From: Podarcis bocagei
Lineage: Eukaryota
Assembly: GCA_964188305.1 (NCBI GenBank)
Contig: OZ076896.1
Strand: one strand, 5' to 3'
Length of the DNA: 64,000 bases
Shown here: positions 25,748-34,959 of the stretch, piece by piece
Layout: the number at the start of each line of letters is the position of its first letter
Position numbering within the stretch: the first letter of the stretch is position 1
Notes under the pieces: generated by a model
Database searches by the model: none
Seen by the model: the letters and a program-made list of their open reading frames with translations, nothing else
Told to the model about the DNA's origin: nothing
Program-made: the position numbers and the translations under genes

Positions 25748-26761
25748 ATGAGCGAACCAACCGGAACCGGAGGAGCAGGGGCTGGAGCTGGTCCAAGCTT
25801 GGAAGATAGATACCGAGCGTTGGAGGTTCAACTGGCCCTGCAGACGGCGAGGCTGGAGGAGAGAAGGGCTCAGGATGCAGACAAGAAGGGGAGAGCCACT
25901 CAATTCCCCAGAAAGGTACCAGGATTGGTGCAGAAATTTGGGGGGGACCCCAAGGACTACCATGCTTTTAGGACAGAGATGCAATATGCCCTTAATGTGC
26001 AGTTCGATGAGTTCCCTGATGAGGAATCGCGAGTTGCTTTTGTAATTGGGCATCTTGAGAAAGGGGCTAGAGACTGGGTGCGACCCCTAATGGCAACGCA
26101 CAATGACATACTAAAGGACACAATGAAGTTCTTTCGTGCAATGGATATCATGTTTTCCAGCGATATTGAGGAAGGGGTGGTGCGCAGACAGCTAATGGCT
26201 TGTAAGCAGGGGAGTCGATCTGTCCGTGAATATTGGACTGAGTTTACCATGCTGATTCACAGACTGAGTTGGGATTTATCGGCGGCACCCGTTCAAATGC
26301 TATTTGAAGAAGGTCTTTCTTCGGGGGTGAAAGACGAGCTGGCACGGAGCCCCAGGGCGGAGTCTATGGATCAGCTGACCAAATCTGCGCTGACCATAGG
26401 AGCGCGGCAGGAGGCAAGAGCCTTGGAGAGGCGGGAAGGGAGAGGGGAACGTTGGAAGGAGTTCCGCATTCCAGACATTCCTGAGCCAGCTTTCCCGCCG
26501 GCAGAGCCGATGGAAATCGGAACAGCGCGCGCGCGCGCATTTTCAAAAACCAGCGAGGGAGCTAAGAAGGAGGGAAAGGGCCCCCGGAAATGCTATCTCT
26601 GCCAACAGCCAGGCCACTTTGCCAGAGTCTGCCCCCAGAGGAAGGAATGGCAAGGGATGGTGGGAGCTGTTGAGGGGGGAGAAGAAGGGGGAGCGGAGCA
26701 GGTAAAAGCCAACGCCTGGTTGCCACAATTGGGGCACTGCAGCCAGGCCAAAGAGCAGTGA
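25748..26761 (+). CDS. gag: Gag (capsid-like domain plus CCHC zinc knuckle)
   Basis: ATG at 25748; retrotransposon Gag features (QGSRSVREYWTEF, EPMEIG); CYLCQQPGHFARVC = CX2CX4HX4C. Confidence 0.93.
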   Translation: MSEPTGTGGAGAGAGPSLEDRYRALEVQLALQTARLEERRAQDADKKGRATQFPRKVPGLVQKFGGDPKDYHAFRTEMQYALNVQFDEFPDEESRVAFVIGHLEKGARDWVRPLMATHNDILKDTMKFFRAMDIMFSSDIEEGVVRRQLMACKQGSRSVREYWTEFTMLIHRLSWDLSAAPVQMLFEEGLSSGVKDELARSPRAESMDQLTKSALTIGARQEARALERREGRGERWKEFRIPDIPEPAFPPAEPMEIGTARARAFSKTSEGAKKEGKGPRKCYLCQQPGHFARVCPQRKEWQGMVGAVEGGEEGGAEQVKANAWLPQLGHCSQAKEQ

Positions 26762-26769
26762 AAGTGCCC
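26701..26769 (+). promoter_or_regulatory. -1 ribosomal frameshift signal (slippery heptamer plus pseudoknot)
   Basis: G_GTA_AAA, 6-nt spacer, stem 1 = 26714-26723/26739-26748, stem 2 = 26732-26738/26763-26769. Confidence 0.78.
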
Positions 26770-29700
26770 GTGCCAGAAGCTCCTCGACCTGCTCTAGTGA
26801 TTGAAGTGTCGCTAGAGCTGCAGAATGGGCACCCCCTAAAAATAAAGGCGCTATTGGACTCAGGCAGCTCCTGCAATTTTATGAGCAAGGAGTTTGTTGC
26901 TGAACACCAGATACAGACCATCCCTTTAAGCAACCCCCTGCAGGTGACCACGATTGATGGCAGGGAGTTGTTGGGAGGAGGAGTCCGCTTGCAGACTGTC
27001 CCAATGATAATGAGGGTGGCAAGGCACACAGAACTGATAGCGTTTAATGTGGCCACCCTGGGAGGCGCTCCCATTATTTTGGGAATGAGCTGGCTAGCTC
27101 TACATGATCCGCTGGTTGGCTGGCATCAAAGAGTGGTGTCCTTTGGTTCAGCACATTGCCTAGAACACTGCAAAGGGGAGAAGGGTTCAGTAGGGGCCCA
27201 AGCCACCCTAGCAGGGACTGAAGTAATGGGAAAGGTGAAGGTACCACCACAGTATGCAGATCTCAGCGACGTGTTCAGCGAGAAGGAAGCTGACCAACTA
27301 CCACCTCATAGACCCTTTGATTGTCAGATCAATTTACTCCCTGGAGCACAGCTTCCCGTGGGCAAGTTGTATGCCATGTCAGACAGGGAAATGCAGGAGT
27401 TGCGAGGGTTCATTGACAAGAACCTGAAGAGAGGCTTCATCAGAGAGTCCAAAGCAGCAGGGGGGAGCCCAGTGTTCTTTGTGGACAAAAAAAATGCGGA
27501 CAAGCCGAGACTTGTATGTGATTTTAGGCGGCTGAATGCAGTGACTGAACCGGTGGCGTTCCCTATGCCCAGAATTGATGATATTTTGACCATGGTGAGG
27601 AAGGGAAAGATTTTCACAAAGCTGGATCTAAGGGGGGCGTACAACCTGATACGCATAAGGAAAGGGGATGAATGGAAAACCACCATGTTTACCCCTTTGG
27701 GGGCGTTTGAATACCTCGTTATGCCATTTGGATTACAAGCAGGCTCCGCGTGTTTTCAATCTTTTATGAACCACGTGCTGGGCCCTTTGCTCTACAAGAA
27801 TTGCGTTGCCTTTCTAGATGATGTGTTGGTGTATTCTGAGAATGAGGAGCAACATGTGAGAGACGTCAGAGAAGTGTTGAGCAGACTGCAAGCCAACAGG
27901 CTGTGGGTCAAACTGGAGAAGTGTCGGTTCCATACCAAGGAGGTGGAATTCCTGGGGTACCGCCTGTCAGACAAGGGATTGGCCATGGATCCCGGCAAGG
28001 TACAGGCAGTGCTGGAATGGAAAACACCCAAAACCAAGAAGGATGTGCAGAGGTTCCTAGGGTTTGGAAACTTTTATCGTAAGTTCATCCGCAACTTCGC
28101 CCATCTGACGGCGCCCATCACTGACTGTCTCAGCAGTAAGAAGAAGTTTGTATGGACGGCGGAGGCGGGGCGAGCGTTTGAGGAACTGAAAAGGGCCTTC
28201 GCCTCTGAAGAACAACTTCTGCATGTGGATTTACGAAAGAAGCTAAGGGTTGAAACAGACGCATCTGACAGAGCCATAGGGGCGGTGCTTCTTCTGCAGC
28301 CGGGGAAGGAGGAGTCGGAGTGGCGTCCGTGTGCCTTCTTCTCGCGGAAGCTGAACAAATCCGAGAGGAACTACACGGTGTACGACCGAGAACTGCTTGC
28401 TATTCATGAGGCGTTCCGGAGATGGAGGCATCTGCTAGTTGGTGCACAACATAAAGTGCAAGTGTGCACGGACCATAAAAATCTAGAGTACTGGAGAACG
28501 GCGCGAGTGCTCAACCAAAGGCAGTTGAGATGGGCCCAAGAGTTCTCCAAATTTAACTTTGAGATTTGTTATGTGCCAGGCCCAGAGAATGTTAGGGCGG
28601 ACGCTCTCTCACGCAAGCCTGAATATTTGGAGGGGGAGGGAGCACCCGAAGAAACCCATATCATTCCAGAGGACCGCTGGGTGTGTGGGGCGACTTTGGT
28701 GGGGCAAAGGGAATTGGTAGAGGGTACGGTGCAGGATGCATACGCCCAGGGGAAACTCAGGGATCTCAGAGGGGAGGAAGACAAACCCGGTGGTTTTGAG
28801 GAGAGAAATGGGGCATTGTATTATAAGGGAGCGTTATATATACCTGAAGGGGAATTGAGGGAGAAAGTACTCAAGCAGCTGCACGATAGCCCCACAGCAG
28901 GGCACTTTGGGCAACACAAAACCATGTGGCTGGTTACCAGGGAATTTTGGTGGCCCAAGGTCAGGGAAGATGTGCGGGAGTATGTGAGAGGGTGTGAACA
29001 ATGCCAAAGAGCCAAGGGGGAGAGGCAGGCGCCGGCTGGTTTATTAGAACCACTGCCCACACCTGAGAGACCGTGGGAAGCAGTGGCAATAGATTTCATG
29101 ACTGATCTGCCAAGGTCTAGAGGGAAAACAGCCATCATGGTTGTAGTAGACCTGTTAACTAAAATGGCCCACTTCATAGCCTGCTCACATGCGGTTACAG
29201 CAGAAGAAACCGCCAAATTGTTTGTAGAGAATGTGTTTAGGTTGCATGGCGCCCCCTTGAGGGTGGTTTCAGACCGAGGGAAACAATTTACTTCCAGGTT
29301 CTGGAGGAAGCTCATGAGCTTACTGCATGTAGAGGTTAATTTCTCGACGGCCCGTCATCCTGAAACCAACGGGCAGGCGGAAAGAGCAAATGGGGTTCTC
29401 CAACAATATTTGAGGTGTTATGTTAATGACAGAGAGAATGATTGGGTGGAGAAGCTGGCGTTGGCAGAATTTGCCTACAACAATGCAGAGAACGTGTCCA
29501 CGGGGATGAGCCCCTTTTTGGCTAATCACGGGTGCCATCCCAGAGCCTTCCCAGGGGGGGAGGGGGAGAACTGGAGCGTTCCAGCTGCAGAACAGTTCGT
29601 GGAAGAAATGGAAGCGATCCATCGCCAGCTCCAACTCAACTTAAACAGGGCTAAGGAGGAATATAAGAGGCAAGCAGACAAAAACAGAAGGGAAGGTGAA

Positions 29701-30660
29701 AGCATCAGGGTGGGGGACCAGGTGTGGCTGTCAACCCAAGGGTTGCCATTCAAAGGAGGTTGTAAGAAATTAAGACCCAAAAGGCTGGGTCCGTTTGAAG
29801 TCATACAGCAGGTCAATCCAGTGGCTTTCAGGCTCCGGTTACCGAACCACATGAAGCTGCACCCAGTTTTTCACAGGTCGTTGCTGTCACCGTATAGAGG
29901 AGACAGTGAGGGGAGGGTCACTAGGGGACCAGCAATGGAGGAGAAGGAACACAGCTACCATGTAGCGGAGATCCTCGATTCCAGGTGGAAGGGAGATCAA
30001 GTAGAGTATTTGGTAATGTGGGAAGGGGAACCGGAGTCGGAAAACACCTGGGTTAGGGCAGAGGATGTCAATGACGAGGTTTTAATAGAGACTTTTCATC
30101 AGAGGTTCCCACGTAAACCTCAGCCTGTAGCGAGGTTCCGAAGGGAATACTTTGCCACCACCGACGAGGAAGAGGAGTTGGAGGGGTTCCCAGATTCTGA
30201 AGAGGAGGAGGATTCAGCTGGCCAGGACGACGATCGATGGAGAGAATTGTTCGAGACGTCAGAAGATGAGGAAGATTCGTTTCGGGGTTTTAGCCCTTCA
30301 CCTCCCAGGGGGGAGGAATTGGGAGGGGGTGAGGGGGGCCCTGGAGGGGAGGTGGATGTCAGGGAACTGCCATCAGAGCATCAGGTGGTGGAGGGACTCA
30401 GGCAGGATGAAAGAGACTCAACTGCTGAAGCAGGGACCAGCAGGGGGAGGAGTGGGTCTCTGAGGGAATGCGAGCAGGAGGGAGGGCTCAGGGAGGCTTC
30501 CAGCGAAAACAGTGGGGAGGTATCGGAGTCTCCCATAGGGAGACCCATACCTCGCAGGAAACTGTCACGCCGTGAGTCCAGGAGACGCGTTTCCGTTAAG
30601 GAACTTCTTTGTTGGAAACGCTTCCGCAGACAGCCACTGTCGGACTCTACTAGTGACTAG
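26758..30660 (+). CDS. pol: Pol polyprotein (PR-RT-RNase H-integrase-chromodomain), -1 frame to gag, probably entered by frameshift near 26707
   Basis: LLDSGS protease; MPFGL and FLDD RT motifs; ETDASD, DHKNL, ADALSR RNase H; HHCC, D,D35E and GPF integrase motifs; chromodomain; frame open from 26674 with no stops. Confidence 0.96.
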   Translation: MKVPVPEAPRPALVIEVSLELQNGHPLKIKALLDSGSSCNFMSKEFVAEHQIQTIPLSNPLQVTTIDGRELLGGGVRLQTVPMIMRVARHTELIAFNVATLGGAPIILGMSWLALHDPLVGWHQRVVSFGSAHCLEHCKGEKGSVGAQATLAGTEVMGKVKVPPQYADLSDVFSEKEADQLPPHRPFDCQINLLPGAQLPVGKLYAMSDREMQELRGFIDKNLKRGFIRESKAAGGSPVFFVDKKNADKPRLVCDFRRLNAVTEPVAFPMPRIDDILTMVRKGKIFTKLDLRGAYNLIRIRKGDEWKTTMFTPLGAFEYLVMPFGLQAGSACFQSFMNHVLGPLLYKNCVAFLDDVLVYSENEEQHVRDVREVLSRLQANRLWVKLEKCRFHTKEVEFLGYRLSDKGLAMDPGKVQAVLEWKTPKTKKDVQRFLGFGNFYRKFIRNFAHLTAPITDCLSSKKKFVWTAEAGRAFEELKRAFASEEQLLHVDLRKKLRVETDASDRAIGAVLLLQPGKEESEWRPCAFFSRKLNKSERNYTVYDRELLAIHEAFRRWRHLLVGAQHKVQVCTDHKNLEYWRTARVLNQRQLRWAQEFSKFNFEICYVPGPENVRADALSRKPEYLEGEGAPEETHIIPEDRWVCGATLVGQRELVEGTVQDAYAQGKLRDLRGEEDKPGGFEERNGALYYKGALYIPEGELREKVLKQLHDSPTAGHFGQHKTMWLVTREFWWPKVREDVREYVRGCEQCQRAKGERQAPAGLLEPLPTPERPWEAVAIDFMTDLPRSRGKTAIMVVVDLLTKMAHFIACSHAVTAEETAKLFVENVFRLHGAPLRVVSDRGKQFTSRFWRKLMSLLHVEVNFSTARHPETNGQAERANGVLQQYLRCYVNDRENDWVEKLALAEFAYNNAENVSTGMSPFLANHGCHPRAFPGGEGENWSVPAAEQFVEEMEAIHRQLQLNLNRAKEEYKRQADKNRREGESIRVGDQVWLSTQGLPFKGGCKKLRPKRLGPFEVIQQVNPVAFRLRLPNHMKLHPVFHRSLLSPYRGDSEGRVTRGPAMEEKEHSYHVAEILDSRWKGDQVEYLVMWEGEPESENTWVRAEDVNDEVLIETFHQRFPRKPQPVARFRREYFATTDEEEELEGFPDSEEEEDSAGQDDDRWRELFETSEDEEDSFRGFSPSPPRGEELGGGEGGPGGEVDVRELPSEHQVVEGLRQDERDSTAEAGTSRGRSGSLRECEQEGGLREASSENSGEVSESPIGRPIPRRKLSRRESRRRVSVKELLCWKRFRRQPLSDSTSD
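30343..30356 (+). promoter_or_regulatory. Polypurine tract
   Basis: GGAGGGGAGGTGGA immediately before the 3' LTR TG. Confidence 0.85.
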
Positions 30661-30764
30661 AGCAGACATGTCTGAGGAGCTCCGTCACACACGGAGGTTT
30701 GTGGGGGCGCACAAACTCTGAGGGAGCACGTTTTCACGCACAAGCAGCTAATCAAACCCTCACA
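30357..30764 (+). repeat. 3' LTR
   Basis: No differences from the 5' LTR seen on visual alignment. Confidence 0.97.
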
Positions 30765-31058
30765 CTTGGGTTAAGAATTTTGCCCTAGGATGAGAACAGA
30801 ATCGCGCGTCGGCAGCGGGAGGCCCTACTAGCTAAAGTGGTACCTCAGGTTAAGAACGGTTTCAGGTTAAGAACGGACCTCCGGAACGAATTAAGTTTGT
30901 AACCAGAGGTACCACTGTATAGTCAACCAAGTTGACTATAATAAATCAAGTTGATTGTATGTATTGTATGTATGAGAGGAGAGAGACCTTCTGAAGGGAA
31001 CACTTAACGAAGCTTTTACACCATTAAGTATGCAAATTAAATTTACTCAAATCAATTA

Positions 31059-31412
31059 CAGTGGTGCCCCGCAAGACGAATGCCTCGCAAGACAGAAAAC
31101 CCACTAGACGAAAGGGTTTTCCGTTTTTGAGCTGCTTCGCAAGACAATTTTCCCTATGGGCTTGCTTTGCAAGACGAAAACATCTTGCAAGTGTTCTGAT
31201 TTTTTTCCACTCCCCCCCTTTTTCTAAGCCGCTAATAGCCTTTTAGCTGCTAATCCGCTAAGCCTTTAATAGCCGCTAAGCCTTTAATAGCCGCTAAACC
31301 GCTAATAGCGCTAATCCGCTAAGTCGCTAATAGGGTTGCTTCGCAAGACGAAAAAACCGCTAGACGAAGAGACTCGCGGAACAGATTAATTTTGTCTTGC
31401 GAGGCACCACTG
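31059..31412. mobile_element. MITE family B
   Basis: TA-CAGTGGTGCC...GGCACCACTG-TA; internal CCGCTAA and CGCAAGACGAA repeats. Confidence 0.88.
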
Positions 31413-31992
31413 TATGACAGGACACCAATTAATTTCAGACTATTCAGATCCCGACAGGATTTTCCCATAGTCAAAATTTTCAGGGAAAATGCAACTTATA
31501 CTTTAAGTTGCAGCTGGCACAGATAGCAATGGGAACCCTCTAAAGCACAAGCCAATATTTTGAAAAATACAAGAAGAGCATAATGAAAAAGAAAAGAGAC
31601 TGCTGTGATGTGCTTTGCATGGGTCTATCAACAGCTATATATTGATAGACCAGCTAGCAGCTATCAGTGTCTGCTAGCTGCAATGTCCACACAGTTGGAA
31701 GCAGTAGACTTCTCAATACCAGTTGCTGGAAACCACAGGAGGAGATAGTGGTATTGTGTTCAGATTCTGCTTGTGGGCTTCCCGTGAGCATATGATTGGT
31801 AACTTTGAGCACAGGATGCTGGACGAGATGAACCACTGGTCTGTTCCAGCAAGGCCATTCATATGTTCTTCTGGGGCTGTCCTTAAACCTAGCGTAGAAG
31901 TTTCAATTGCTCCAAAATGAGCTGCCAGGTAGTCAATCAAATTGTTTTACATTTGTCTGAGCTTCACTTATTGCCAGTCTCAATTCAAGGTA

Positions 31993-32110
31993 CAGTGGTA
32001 CCTCGGGTTAAGTACTTAATTCGTTCCAGAGGTCCGTTCTTAACCTGAAGCAACACTTTAGCTAATGGAGCCTCCCACTGCCGTGGCGTATGTAACCCGA
32101 GGTACCACTG
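31993..32110. mobile_element. MITE family A, internally deleted (118 bp)
   Basis: Same TIRs and TA flanks. Confidence 0.85.
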
Positions 32111-32529
32111 TACTGATAGTGACCTTTAAAACTCCAAGCAATCTGGGACCAGAATATCAAGTTCCCTTTCTTCCATTACACCACATATACTTGGCAGTAT
32201 TAATTTATTTTAGCCTCCCCAGCCCTCTCAGATCACTCTCTATATTTTAAAATTTGTTGTTGGCAGACACTCTGGGCACATCAGTGGTGGAATAGAAAGG
32301 TGGGGTATCAATACTTTAAACAAAATATATATCTGAGTAAAGCTGAAAAAGGCTTACTTTACATTAGAGTGGTTGGGGAAACCCAGCCATATCGGCGGGG
32401 TATAAAGAAGAAGGAGGAGGAGGAGTAGGAGGAGGAGGGAGGAGGAGATGATGTTGATTTTGGATCTGCATGTATATTCTCTACAATACTATGATTTCAA
32501 AAAGCAAGAAATATATCTGTTATACTAAC

Positions 32530-32761
32530 CACCATGAGGGTCCAATCGGTAAACAGGATCATACTGAGGATAAAGTGTGTTCTGTAAGTGAAATTTAGTG
32601 TATTGAATAACTCTTTCTATTACATCTTCAATATATACAGCTTTGGGCATGTTGGGTGATGTCATAATGTTGATAGCTGTAAGACAGGCATCTGCAGATT
32701 TTGTGACTCTCTCCATGATCAAGTCTCTCCATAATCTTTCCTCATCTTCAGTGTCGTTATT
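32530..32761 (-). CDS. NIPBL: NIPBL exon 17
   Basis: NNDTEDEERLWRDLIMERVTKSADACL...YDPVYRLDPHG; 232 nt. Confidence 0.96.
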
Positions 32762-33481
32762 CTGCAGAAAAATTCAGAGTGCTAAGTTTAAAAGAAAACA
32801 TTTTTAAAAAGCAATCAGAGAAAATAAATGTGAGCAAAATTTACGCAGCAATAGTTAATATATCAATATGAAAAAGTTTAGTGATTACTCGTATTTTAAA
32901 ACCTCCCAATAGCCAAATACAAACCAGGAATCTCTGTGATATATTTCACAATGCTACAATCTCAGAAAAACCCTTCCTGAAGTACAGTTGCAAACTTTTT
33001 CACATCTAATCAGTCAGGGCTTTTTTCTGGTTACTAAGCCTCACCCAAAATGACCCTGCAGAATGACAACAGTGAGTGAGGCTCACACTGCTCATGGAAG
33101 TATTGGAGCCTTACTCAGTATTTCTTCATCCATTGAGATAAACTCTTATAGATAAAAAAATATTTTATCTTATCTGATATAAAAAATTCTGCTCTTTTCC
33201 ATCTTCTGTTAACCAAGTAGGAAACCATGTCAGGAAGGAAGAAGCAACACAAAAACAAGAGAAAAGTCACTCTGGAAAAGTTCCTGTTCCAACTAAGGAA
33301 TCTGAATTTCCAATGCAAGTGCATTCAGCTATTTTCAGTAACAGGGAAGTAAGAGCATTACCTCCCTCTCAAAGTGGAAGGTAAAAAAGTCACTCTAAAG
33401 TCTAATTCTGTGGAATTTAGCATGATGTGGATAAGGCATTCTATAGAGGTCACAGCACTTTGCTACAGTATTCCTTTAGGC

Positions 33482-33667
33482 CAGGGGTTGTCAACCTGGT
33501 CCCTACCGCCCACAAGTGGGCATTTCAGGATTCTAGGTGGGCGGTAGGGGGTTCTACGGCACAAGCTGAATCCTCCTTCCATTGAGCACTGGTGGGCGGT
33601 TAGGACATTTTATCATCAAGAAAGATGCATTAGTGACCAGTAGGCATAAAAAGGTTGACCACCCCTG
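33482..33667. mobile_element. hAT-type non-autonomous element
   Basis: TIR CAGGGGTTGTCAACCT / AGGTTGACCACCCCTG; 8-bp TSD CTTTAGGC. Confidence 0.88.
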
Positions 33668-34872
33668 CTTTAGGCAAACCAACAGAAAGAGAAAAAATAG
33701 AATGTAGATCTTGACACAAGTCAGTCACAGAAGTCAGTTAAGAAGTCAGTTACAATAATGGAAAAAGGCCTTTGAGAACAAAAAACATGCAGATATATCA
33801 CTGATTGAGAAATATAGAGCAATATGCATGTATGTAAACTGTCCATCCCAAGCCTTCAGCTGAGTTTACATTTCAAAATAAAAATTGGACACTAGAGGGC
33901 AGGCATATGCCAACTCTAGGCTTGAGAGGTCCAGAATTCCCGTTTTCCACAGATGCATGTTTAGACTTTACACTTTCCGTGTCAAATTCAAGAAAGGTAG
34001 CCACAGTCTTCTGCTAGAGTAAATACAAATAGCCTTGGTTAGCATCTGTGATTCCCTCAGTGTGTGCATTGCTAAGTGAGCGAAAGCCTTTTGCACTGCA
34101 GCCACCAACATTAAGAAGGAAGAGTAGAAGAGGTCAGGGAGAAGGAAATGGAATGAGAGGGGTGGGGAGAAGGAAACAGATGTAAGGCAGAAAAAAGTAA
34201 CAAAATGGGATGCACAGAAGCCTGGGTAATGGGAAGAGATAGTTGGGGGGGGGTAATACACTGGGTACAGAGGGAATACAGAAAAGTATATAGACTGCAG
34301 AGATAACAGAAAGATAACAAATGGGATACAAAGGTATCTGGAAATGGGAGCAGAAAGTGGGGAGGCTAGAGAGGAGAATGCAGGTCTATGGTGGTATAAA
34401 GAAAGAAAAGTCTCAACTTGGAGAGAGATAATAAACAGCAGTATGGGACATGGAGAAATGAAAGGTCAAAAAATTAGCTAAAGAGAACACTGGCTAGTTA
34501 AAATTATAACATGATGCTTGTCTTCAGTTAACGTATCAGTGATGTCCTGTTGATAAAATATAAACAAATCATTTGTGGTTATTCGAGTTGTGCATACCTA
34601 GACTAGTGGAACCTCTATTTCAATTTAAAGAGGCTCTCTGTAGAAATGACTTCCTAGTAAGTTACTTAGACTAGATATTATTTTCTCTATGTGACATTCT
34701 CAGCTGAGGTTGGTAGCAATGTCACAGTATACTCCATGCCATTTGAACCAGCCTTATTAGGATTCCTCAAGTGCAGTCTCCAGTTCAGAAGGAGAGCTGG
34801 AGAGGCTATTTCTAGCCTCTCAATTAATGTATAAAATACATACAATGATACTAGCATCATTTAGCAACTTAC

Positions 34873-34959
34873 ATGGTTAAGAAGAGTAGAAAGCTTTGAA
34901 CCATCTTGAATATTCTTCTCCAATATGTTCAGGACTTTCACTGTTTTTTCTGTTGAAAG
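34873..34959 (-). CDS. NIPBL: NIPBL exon 16
   Basis: LSTEKTVKVLNILEKNIQDGSKLSTLLNH; 87 nt. Confidence 0.95.

Larger units (their letters stand above)
25295..30764 (+). mobile_element. Full-length Ty3/Gypsy LTR retrotransposon (chromovirus, Tf1/sushi group)
   Basis: Two 408-bp TG...CA LTRs; 5-bp TSD CTTGG (25290-25294 and 30765-30769); gag plus pol in PR-RT-RH-IN-chromodomain order. Confidence 0.98.
25229..30917. mobile_element. Tc1/mariner-type MITE (family A) split by the LTR element: 25229-25294 plus 30770-30917
   Basis: TIRs CAGTGGTACCTC / GAGGTACCACTG with TA flanks; the two halves match other family A copies. Confidence 0.88.

Noticed and set aside
25595-29852. Multiple minus-strand ORFs of 60-170 aa across the retrotransposon
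   Set aside because: They are antisense shadows of GC-rich gag/pol codons with no recognisable domains.
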